Shown here one piece after another: positions 24,229-36,200 of a DNA stretch of 64,000 bases (positions within the stretch are counted from its first letter, which is position 1; every line of letters begins with the position of its first letter). Source of the stretch: Haliotis cracherodii (Eukaryota); the NCBI RefSeq assembly GCF_022045235.1, contig NW_027266275.1:81716001-81780000 (forward strand), given 5' to 3'. A program made the translations under genes and the position numbers. The notes under the pieces were generated by a model. It did no database searches. It saw only the letters and a list, made by a program, of their open reading frames with translations, and had not been told where the DNA came from.

Positions 24229-27200
24229 CATGCGTTATAATGATGAATCATCTAATAACGTGAAATAACTTTCCCATATTTGCACTTGTGTATTTTATTG
24301 ATTCTCATTGCTGATTGGTCAATATGATGTCACAGTGCTTCATTGTTCAGACAAATAGGATATGATGTCATCCATTGTTCATGATGTCATCTGAGCAAGA
24401 AGCAAGAGCCTGCCTTCACAGAAGTTGGACATTACATATGCTTGTTCTCTATTTTTTCTCTTAAAATGTCAATACTTGGAACTCAGAATTACAGATTTTC
24501 TCTCCCTCCTGAATGAATGCTGTAAGTCCCTTGCCAAAGGCTCGGTTTAAACGCCATTCTTTCACATGGGACAGATAATCTGTCATTCATCATAGTTTGT
24601 TGGGTATTCTCTGAATATGGAAAAGATTCTGTGATGCTTCCTAACAATATGAAACACATCTGTCCATTTTCAGTCAGTGTTTCAGTCTGAAGAATGTCCC
24701 CCTGCCCTGAAGACCGTCCTGACCTGTATGAATGAGCTGTATTCCCAGACGGGGCGTGGCATGACCCAAATGTCTCTCATGTTCACACAGTCGGGAGTCA
24801 TCATTCAAGCTCCGGTTGTCAAATATAGGTAAAGCTCTGATTAGAATATCCTTAATGTTGCCCTACAGGTTTTTTACCTGTCTACTAGTCTGCTGGTCCA
24901 AGACTAGCAATGAGACTTAATGACTTGTAATTTTAACCCCAAGAAACCATTCAATAGTAATTTGTGACCAGTTGGATTTAGCTTATAATGACCACCCTGC
25001 CTTGAGATTTAGTATGTGTTTCTGTGTTAAGTTATGAATTTATTATCCCCCGCCACGAAGTGAAGTTGAGATAAGTTTTATCAGAAAACAAATACATCCA
25101 TGAATAAAAGTTTGCATTCTTATCTAGAAAATACTTGCCAAGACTGCGTTTTAAAAAATTGGTCCCATTATTTATTTTGTTAGAGAGTTGCAGCCCTTGA
25201 TCCATGTTATTTTATTTTGTGCATAGTGTGTGCAGTGGTGACAATTTTTTTCAGAAACTACTGAAGTTGCATGAATGAAAGTTTGCATGCTTTTCTTAGA
25301 GATACTTGTCAAGACTGAGTTCGAAAAATATTTTTACAGAGTTAAGGCTCTTAATAGATATTATTTTACTTGGTGCATACTGTCTGCAGTTAGCTTATCT
25401 GAGAGACCAAGACTGAGTTATTTTTTTCCAGAGAAGGGGCATTTTGTCTGTATTAAATTCACTTTTAATCATTTTTTCTGATGACATAAAGTGACCCTAG
25501 AGCCTATCTCTTATTTAGGCTTTATAGGACTCTTTTTTATAGTTTATGTTCACTACTATATGAACAAACAAACTTCTAATGTGTCCCATGGCAGAGGATA
25601 GTGATAGCGTTGTTTTCTTGTTTTGATTTAGGTCACCAATTTCATTAAAATATCAATTAACCTGACATATTATCAAGCACCAAATGTAGAAATTTTTTTA
25701 GTTCCCAGTGGGAAATTCTGGGATAAAATAGGTCCCCAGTCACCTATGCTGAAGTGACTTTCAATGGACCATTGAATGGCTCGGCTCGGCTCGGCTCGGT
25801 TCGGCTGACAGTGTATTTATTACATGTCATTGTGTCCTGATGACCTCCTTGGTGCCCATGACATTGATCACAGGTTTTTCCTGATCCAGACTGGATTATG
25901 TACAGCCTGATGTGATACCTGGGATATTGTGGCACCTCATGGTGTCTGGCTGTCAGCTGGCTTTGTCCAGATCTTTTATTGTACTAAAGGCCTCCGGCCC
26001 ATATACCGCTCAGTGCTGCAGTGTGATGACATTGTAGTTTGAAAAACATACGTTGTATAAAAAGGGTTACAATGTTCTTGTTGCTCCACACAGTGTAGCC
26101 AGATTCTGTAACATTTATCTGGAGTTGATTGTCTTTCCAACGCTATCTAAATTCAGCAAATCTAAAAGGTATATAGGCACTGCCAAGCCATCGATGAAAG
26201 TGACGGTATAAAGTTTAAAGCCAAGCAAGCGCATTTGTTTCAAATCTAGATGTCCAATAATTCATATCATTGTAAAGTACATGTCCTAATGATGATAGAC
26301 ATAGGACATTTATGTTCTAGTTCAGATCAGTCAATCAGAATATTATTATTTAGAAATGAGAACCATGTGTGTCCATATTCAACCACAGTATTAGATCAGC
26401 TGTTTGACATGCCAATAGTTATATACAGTGGGGAAAAGTAAATCTTTCAGACCAGTCTGATCAGATTTCTTTATCAAATTGGCTGTTTGATACTGAAATA
26501 GTTACGTGTATGTGAATTGGATGCATAATCAAACTTTGCCGCCATTGGCTTGAAGTTCAAACATGGCAGAAAAAGGTAAAGAAGTGTGGTAACCACTTTA
26601 CTGATCTCACCATGTTTTGCAATCTGTTGCACTGTATAAAATATGAGTTACATGATGGTAAAGTGGAAATGATTTGGGCGATGATATGATTTTGATTTTG
26701 CGCATTCAATGTTTGACATCTTGATTCACTGTGGCAAAGGGACATGTTCACGAGACCATATATGGCCCCATGCCACTAAGGGTGTGTGAATTGTGAGGGA
26801 CCATGTATAGTCCTGTGGCACCAAGACGGTTAAGCAACAAAGATTGTTTTCTGTATGAAATATGTTGTGTCTCCTACGGCAAGTGGTGTGGACTCTGGCG
26901 CTAGGCCAGACTTTTTTTTTGAGGAGGGGAGGTTACAGGGTTTTGGCCCAAAAATTCAGGTCGGTAGGTGAACAAAAATAATTCCAAGTCCAAATTGTTT
27001 GTTTATTTCTCTCACAATTTGTCATAATTTGTTGTGTTTTGAAGTTTTTGAGATAAATTTTTAACAGGTTTTAATTAGAAAATCTATAGCATTTTAAATA
27101 ATTTATTTATATTGATAGTGGACATAATTGAGTTGGGTTTTTTCACATTTGACATATTTCTGGTTGGCAGAATGAAAACCCCATTGTTTTGAATTTTAGG

Positions 27201-30200
27201 AACTTTTCCTCATGTAAATTCTTTTAAGTTGGTGGATTTGTAAACCAAGTTTAAATAGAAGTCTGAGTGGCCTTATATCTTTATCATAACCTTCCTAGGG
27301 CTGCTGAAGATGCGTGTGACGGTATAGACAAGTTCCTAGAGAATGTGTACCGAGACCTGCTGGAGGACATCACCCCTCAGAATCCTGCCCTACCCAGCTG
27401 GCTAGTGTCTGGTGTTGCCACCATCAAATGTATGTCACCATAGTGATTATTGGTTAGAATAGGGCCCCAGCAACCAACCTATCATATGGTCAGACTCGGT
27501 GACTTGGTTGATAGCGTGGTACATGGATCATCGTTCAAAATATCAATCACTGGCTTGTCTGGTTCAGTCTTGATTATTCACAGGCTGCCATCATACAGCT
27601 GAAATACTGCTGAGTGTGGCATTCAATAACAAACAAACATTACCCTAATGTTATAATGTCAGGTTTAAATGGTCCTAATGTAGAGTCTAATAATTAAGCC
27701 AAAACTTTCAAATTCATGGATTTGATGAAATTGTGGTTCAATGTGTAGAGGCTTGCTTGATAAAGGTACTAGCACCTGTCATGAAAAGTTGCACAGGAAG
27801 AAAAAAAAAGTTGAAATCTGTATTAAAGTCAGCTCTGGTCAGTTATTGATGCTACAACTTGTAAAATGTAACTATTTGATATTGGCGATGTGTGTTCCAT
27901 AAGCAGATCCAGAGGGGAAGTCCAGGGGTCCAGACCCCCTTTGGAAAACCACATATATTACGTTGTAGGCAGTAGAATTGACTGAGAGAGGATTTTGATA
28001 TTTCGGACCCCTCCCTTTTAAAAATGTTGAATCTTCCCTTGTGTTCCACTGCAGTGCAGTCTGGAGATCCATGCCATCTACTGCCGGTAATAGAACAGAG
28101 TGAGGATGCAGCATGGGCCGTGCTGATGATGCTCTACTTCTCATATCTACACAGTCACAGGTAACAGCCGTGTCATTATGTCATTATGTTTTGCTACTTA
28201 TCACAATGTTCACTTGGTTCATGTAAATGTGGGCGGTGGGGTAGCCTAGTGGTTAAAGCCTTCTCTCGTCGCCCCAATGACCCGGGTTCGATTCCCCACA
28301 TGGATACCATGTGTGAAGCCCATTTCTGGTGTTCCCCGCTGTGATATATATAACATATGGCGGCAATATTGCTGTGTGTGGCATTAAACAACAAACAACA
28401 AACACACAGTTCTAAAATGTATCACTTCACTCTGGCATGTTCGTTTCTAAAATAAATTTATAGGTAGCGAAACTACATTTGTGACCTTCAAATTGAAACA
28501 CAGAACGTTCGTCTCCTAATCACGTGATCTTGAATGCAGAGTTGTAACTTATAGCCCCCGCCGTGATAATACTCAATCCCTGTAACTGATAGCCCCCGCC
28601 GTGATAATACTCAATCAATGTAACTGATAGCCCCCGCCGTGATAATACTCAATCAATGTAACTGATAGCCCCCGCCATGATAATACTCAATCACTGTAAC
28701 TGATAGCCCCCGCCGTGATAATACTCAATCACTGTAACTGATAGCCCCCGCCGTGATAATACTCAATCACTGTAACTGATAGCCCCCGCCGTGATAATAC
28801 TCAATCACTGTAACTGATAGCCCCCGCCGTGATAATACTCAATCACTGTAACTGATAGCCCCCGCCATGATAATACTCAATCACTGTAACTGATAGCCCC
28901 CGCCGTGATAATACTCAATCACTGTAACTGATAGCCCCCGCCGTGATAATACTCAATCACTGTAACTGATAGCCCCCGCCGTGATAATACTCAATCACTG
29001 TAACTGATAGCCCCCGCCATGATAATACTCAATCACTGTAACTGATAGCCCCCGCCGTGATAATACTCAATCACTGTAACTGATAGCCCCCGCCATGATA
29101 ATACTCAATCACTGTAACTGATAGCCCCCGCCGTGATAATACTCAATCACTGTAACTGATAGCCCCCGCCATGATAATACTCAATCACTGTAACTGATAG
29201 CCCCCGCCATGATGATACTCAATCACTGTAACTGATAGCCCCCGCCATGATAATACTCAATCACTGTCACTGATAGCCCCCGCCGTGATAATACTCAATC
29301 ACTGTAACTGATAGCCCCCGCCGTGATAATACTCAATCACTGTAACTGATAGCCCCCGCCGTGATAATACTCAATCACTGTAACTGATAGCCCCTGCCGT
29401 GATAATACTCAATCACTGTAACTGATAGCCCCCGCCGTGATAATACTCAATCACTGTAACTGATAGCCCCCGCCGTGATAATACTCAATCACTGTAACTG
29501 ATAGCCCCCGCCGTGATAATACTCAATCACTGTAACTGATAGCTCTGCCGTGATAATACTCAATCACTGTAACTGATAGCCCCCGCCATGATAATACTCA
29601 ATCACTGTAACTGATAGCCCCCGCCATGATAATACTCAATCACTGTAACTGATAGCACCCGCCGTGATAATACTCAATCACTGTAACTGATAGCGCTGCC
29701 GTGATAATACTCAATCACTGTAAATGATAGCCCCCGCCGTGATAATACTCAATCACTGTAACTGATAGCCCCCGCCATGATAATACTCAATCACTGTAAC
29801 TGATAGCATCACATCATATGACATCCTTGTCATTGGACATCTCGTATCTCGTTGTATCACAATAATAGTTGCAGTACCTTAAATCATATCGAAAAAACTT
29901 GATTAAAAAAAAATCCAAATGGTAATATTTGGACATTTCCTATTTGCCTAGTTTGCCCTAGAAAATTACTGTTCTTTACAATAATGAAAAGTTAAGCACC
30001 CATCCTCTATTGGTGTAATTGTCATGCAAAATATCAAGTGATAAAAATAAGTTGCCTGTAAGAGATTCCTTCACAGATTATATAGCACACACCAGTAAGA
30101 GGGCTCAACATTTATAACATGCCCTTCAAGGATGTAATACCTAGATACCTAGAACATCACGGTGACCTCCAATCCACAGCTGGGTCGAGTGCTGTGATCT

Positions 30201-33200
30201 CCAGTCTCTGCTGCAGTGTTTCCTGGCCAACAGCCGAGATCTGTCCGGATTACCTCCCCTTGTTATCAGATGTCTTGCTTTCCTTGTGGCGGTGAGTATA
30301 AGGCTAAAAACAATAATACATGTAGTCTTGGTTCTCAGGCACTGCCCTTATCATCATAAAGTTTCCAGCACATTTCATGTTTATTTACATTTAGAAAAAA
30401 GCAAAAAAAATCCTTAAAAATTCCAAGTTCAATGGTAGCCAAATACTGTATTCCAGTATTTTATTCATCAAGAAATACATTTATGTAGGGAGGCCCTTTT
30501 CTTGGTTGATTGTATACAATTGTTTTTTTTGGTTACACAACTGTATATTTGGTTACATAGTAGTTTGAACAACACCCCAAAAACAAATAAAAAAGGCACC
30601 GCCTGCCCGCACAATATTTTCAAAAACCATTGCTTAAGAACCAATTCTTTTATGTTTTAAAGCCTAATGTTTGTATTTTTAGGAACTTTACAATGGGAAT
30701 GCCAAATGCTATATGTAGTATAGGACATTAGGGATGTATGTCTTGAGAACCTTGAGAAGATATATGAAATTATAGATTTGGAGAATATTTGGTGCAGAGC
30801 TTGGAAGCTAAGACCCCCCCCCCCCCCCCCCTCCCCTTTTAAGAGAGACAAGACTCAATTGGACGCCTTTACAAGAAGGTTTCAATTCATTCATCACTGA
30901 ATTGACTGGCTCAGACTTGTGTATTTACCTTGGGATGAAAAAAAAATCAGGGTCTTTGGTGTTCTTATATTTATCATTATTCATACCTGTTGGAATTCTT
31001 CCTGGTAGTCTTAACTTCTCACATGATGTACGAAGCACAAGCAGATCTGTCTGTCTGCATTAATCTTAACTTCTCACATGATGTACAAAAGTACAAGCAG
31101 ATCTGTCTGTCTGCATTAGACATGAGCATGTTAATACACGTAGTACTGGTTTAAAATGTTTGTTTGATCGTCAGTGTTCATCAGGAGATACAGTGGCCAA
31201 TACCCATCAGTCCTTCCAGTATCACACAGGTATGCAGGACACAGTGGTTATCTAATGAGTATTGTCTATTGGTGGGGTGTGTGTTCTGCAACAGGATCTT
31301 AATAGTAATGCTGTGATGATGACGTCGCTCTGTTGTTGTTGCAGTTGATTCTGGACTAGGAATTCACTGACCGTTCCGAACGTGCATTTTATGAAAAACC
31401 GACGCAACTATAGATCTTTATGCAGAATTATAGGGAATTTTTTTATTTGTAAATGGTTTTGTTGGAGAAATCACTCGAATCAGTGGATTCAGGAGGAAGA
31501 AGGCATCTTACTCATGGGATGATTCTGTCACTCTTTTGTCCTTAGTATGACACATTAGTATGACACATTAGTATGTCACATTAGTATGACACATTAGTAT
31601 GGTACATTGGTAATACACATTAGTACGACACATTAGTATGACACATTAGTATGACAAATAAGTATGTCACATTAGTATGACATGTTAGTATGACACATTA
31701 GTATTTCACATTAGTATGGTACATTGGTAATACACATTAGTATGACACATTAGTATGTCACATTAGTATGACCATTAGTATGTCACATTAGTATGTCACA
31801 TTAGTATGACCATTAGTATGTCACATTAGTATGACACATTAGTATGTCACATTAGTATGACACATTAGTGACACATTAGTATGTCACATTAGTGACACAT
31901 TAGTATCTCACATTGGTACGACACATTGGCAAGACACATAAGTACGACACATTAGTATGTCACATTAGTATGTCACATTGGTATGCCACATTAGTATGAC
32001 AGATAAGTATGGTACATTGGTATGACACATTAGTGTGACACATTAGTATGTGACATTAGTATGGCACATTAGTATGACACATTTGTGACACATTAGTATG
32101 ACACATTAGTGACACATTAGTATGACTCCATATCACTTGCCTTTTGGTAATCTACATGATTCTAGCCGTAAGAATATATGGTCTTGTTATATGATTCTGT
32201 TTTAATTATATTTAAACATTTAGGAATGTTACCATATGGTATGAATGTATTTGTTAAAAAAAAATATTTCAATAAAGTCATAAATATAAAAAATGATTTT
32301 TGCTGTACAGTGATGCCATATTTATTTTGCTTTCCGGTTTGGGAAATCTGACTGACCTCCTGGAGAGTTGCCCTGTAGCAGTGTGGTACACCCACCACCC
32401 TGTCGTCATGTGCTGGGTTTTCAGTGAGGAGAGTCGGGCACAGCAACTGGGCCACACNNNNNNNNNNNNNNNNNNNNNNNNNNNNNNNNNNNNNNNNNNN
32501 NNNNNNNNNNNNNNNNNNNNNNNNNNNNNNNNNNNNNNNNNNNNNNNNNNNNNNNNNNNNNNNNNNNNNNNNNNNNNNNNNNNNNNNNNNNNNNNNNNNN
32601 NNNNNNNNNNNNNNNNNNNATCCTACAGACAAAAGTAGGGGAACTGATGAAATGATAGTGAAGGTGTAATAGCGATAAATGGGGCGTGTAGATCAATATC
32701 ACCTTGACGGCATACTGTTGATTAACCTGCGTATGGTTGTCCCTCTTATTGCCCACTGTTCTGCATGGAGAGCTGCCCCAAGTTGGGCCACGTCGGTGGG
32801 TGCTGGGCCTCTGGTGTACACTCCCACAAGGAACATCCCACAGATGCCCCAATAGGAACATGTCAGGGTACTGAGCATGCCAGTCCCAAGTCCGTACACC
32901 TGTGATTGTTGATGTTGTAAACCTTCTGTGACGTCATCATAATGTTCTCCTTTGGGGTTAAATCTCATAAACAGGGATGTTGTAATATCCCTGTGATTTT
33001 ATATGATATTCCAGGCAAATTTGCTATATAATGTGTTATAATAACCAGGGGATTTTATTAACACAACTTCCGTTTAGACTGTAACATGTAAATGTTTCTC
33101 ACTAGAAAGTTATATTGCGTTTGAACACAATGTAATGAAAAAAAATAAAAAATATTTGTTTTGGTTATTTTCCCAGGATCGAACACACAACCTTCGAATA

Positions 33201-36200
33201 GATAGCCCATTTTGTGTATCTCTAGGCTACAGAGCCGCTGATAAATCACAATGCTTTCTACAATGTCTTTTTCAAGAACTGAACACCAGCAAAAGATATT
33301 TTATGCCCGTTTCCTAAGGTTCATGGAAACCATGTTTGAAACAAATGTTGATAAATGTTGTTTTAAGTTTCTTTTTTCGGTTTATAAGTTTAAATATTTC
33401 TCCTCGGGGTTTTCTGATATTTAAAACTCTTATCCTTGGGATAAAACCTCGGGGTGACATCCCTTGGTTTTATCCTGTGGATGCGTGATTTAAATATTAT
33501 GAAAAAGCTTGGACATAATTTATCCTCCCCTTAAAACATGGTATTTGAAAGGTTATTAGAGACTGTGGACAGAGTAAATTGTTGGCATTCTGGGTTAGAA
33601 TAGGTGGCCAGTATTTTGTGCTGATTGTAGGAGGCCATTTCATGAATCAGATGGTCAGGTTCTGAGACTTGATTGTTTGTCATCGTACCCCTACGGGGTG
33701 GATTGTTGCTCAGAATATCAGTCACTTCACATCTGTGCCAGACTGGATTATTTACAGGTCACCATTATATTTTCAGTTTATAAAATTCCCCAAATTTCAG
33801 TCAGACAACTGGACTGGCAACTTTGCAAATAAAATGTTGCCAATCCAGAATTTTCAAGACTAACAAACAATAGTAACAAAAGGGTAAACATAAGAATAGT
33901 ATGAGGACAGAAACTTGATATCAATATATGCGGAAGTGATTATATAATGTGTTTAATGTTTACAGTCTCTTACACTGAATTAAAACTAGAATGCTTAGGT
34001 AATTCAGGGAATACAATAACAGCCCAACCATCGGGAGTGCAACTTTTCAAAACTGACCGTCCATCGTCAAAACAGGCGGATATTTTAAACAAGGATACAG
34101 TAAACTATGTTTATAATGAATATGCTTATAACAAACAACGTATAACAAATTAAGATTAGTGTCCCTTTGAGTTCATTATGACCGTAGTTTACTGAATTTT
34201 GTAGTTGGAGTACTGGCTGCCCCTGATTGATGTGAAGAGTCTGGAGACAACATTGTCCTCTACCACAGCACAGTGCAGTCACACAGGCCCACAGCACACT
34301 GTCCCAGAACAGCAGCATCCTGACACAGATCGTCATCCAGCAGACACAGAACCACACCTCACAGATGCAGAACAGCAGCAGACGGACATAGTACAGCATC
34401 ATTCCGATTCAGAACAAGATCATGCAGATGCAGAGAATTGGCAAAGAGGGGATACAGAGAGACAGCAGCAAAAGGCTATGGAGAGAGATCATGAGATCAC
34501 AGATACAGACAAGATGACGTCAGAGATGGCGTATCCTGACACAGACACACAGTTACTGGTGGAACTCGCACACAACTCGGCCTTCATCCACACCCTAATG
34601 GTAAACACTGGGGAGACTTTGGTAACTCGTGTCTAACATTTTATAATGAGAAGGCAAGATGATATACATTACTAGGCACCAGACCTGTGAAGATCTGGGG
34701 TAGAACAGGTCTTCAGCAACCCATGCTTGCCATTTGTAGGCGACTTTGCTTTTCATAAGAGGCGACTAAGGGGATTGGGTGTTCAGGCTCGCTGACTTAT
34801 TTGATGGATGTCATTGTATCCCAGTTGTGTAGATCAATGCTCATGAAGTACATCACTGGACTGTCTGGTCCAGACTCTATTATTATCATATAGCTAGAAT
34901 ATTGTTGAGTGTGACATTAAACAACAAACAAACAAACAAAACTAGGCACCAAAAGAAACTGTATGTATATATATAACTTGATGTAAACTGATACATTGAT
35001 TGAAGCGTTCATAAAATCTTGCCCACAGTGTACACCAGTGCCTGAAGCCAGTACTCATGCTTGTTTATATACATATATGTTAATGTGATCCCAAGTACAT
35101 TACATATTGACATGAAAATATAAAGTCTACCCTCACCATGGCTGCTCTAGCTTAGACACTTTTCCCAGAAAGCATGAATTACATAATGAAAACATTTTAT
35201 TACTTGATCAAGTGTGAAGTCTGTAGATGACTTGAGTATGATATAAGCATTTTCTTCATTGTCTTTTCCAGACAGTGCTTGCGGCACGGCAGGAGATTGC
35301 AGCCATTGCTGCGAATGTTGCAGAGCATTTGGCTGGCATGGTAGAGTAGCCTTTATTGTCCTGTATTATCAGGGGTGAGGTAAAGTGGGGCTTGATGTCG
35401 CTTTCAAGATGACTGCACTTATAGGGACGTCCATCTGTCTGTCTGTCTGCTTAATCTTGTCCAGACTAATGTTGGTTTTATAGTGCTAGCCTACTGAGAT
35501 ACCATGCAGTGGAATTCCCCACTGAGACATAGTACACCTACTCTGAACAAACAAAGTCCTTGTTTTATTCTGATCGCCAGGCAGGGTAACAACAAGTATC
35601 ATCTCTTAACATGTTTTGGTATGACACGGCTGGGGATCAAACTACCAATCTTACACTCAGAAATGGAGGGTTCAACATATAAATCTACATGTTGTGTTAA
35701 TCAGTGTTATCATACCTCCATGTCAGAATGATGAGATCTGATTGGTCCACGTGATCTTGTTAAAGTACTGTGTAACCAGCCTTGAAAGGAGAATAAATTT
35801 CTCAGGTGGGGATAAATCCCTTATACCCCGCTTCAAAACAAAAAGCTGCACGCTTTTTCCGAGTCAATGGAAGTCATGTGACATAACGCAAGCTAACTTC
35901 AGCTCAATGGAACAGCTGTTTTGCTATTAATTTTGAATTTGTTTGAATTCTTTTACAATGTCATGTTAAAACATATCGGTAAGATAAATTCGCTGTAGCA
36001 GGATCACTCTTGGTACATGGGGTTTTATGTGTCAAATGTTAGGTTTCATAGATTAAGTATAAAACATAACGCGGGACACATAAAACCCCATGTACGCCCT
36101 GCAAGTAATGCCGAGTCAGCGGGTTGTTAATCGTGTTTCATCCGTGTGGGAGTTCTGGTTCAGGATGGTAGCCCAGTAGCCGTACCTGTTGTATGAGATG

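Noticed and set aside
31009-31118. ~55-bp duplication upstream of exon 17, and 19-bp duplication at ~61180-61220 near the SLC5A7 acceptor
   Set aside because: Close to exons but do not include the splice site, so not counted as junction-spanning cases.
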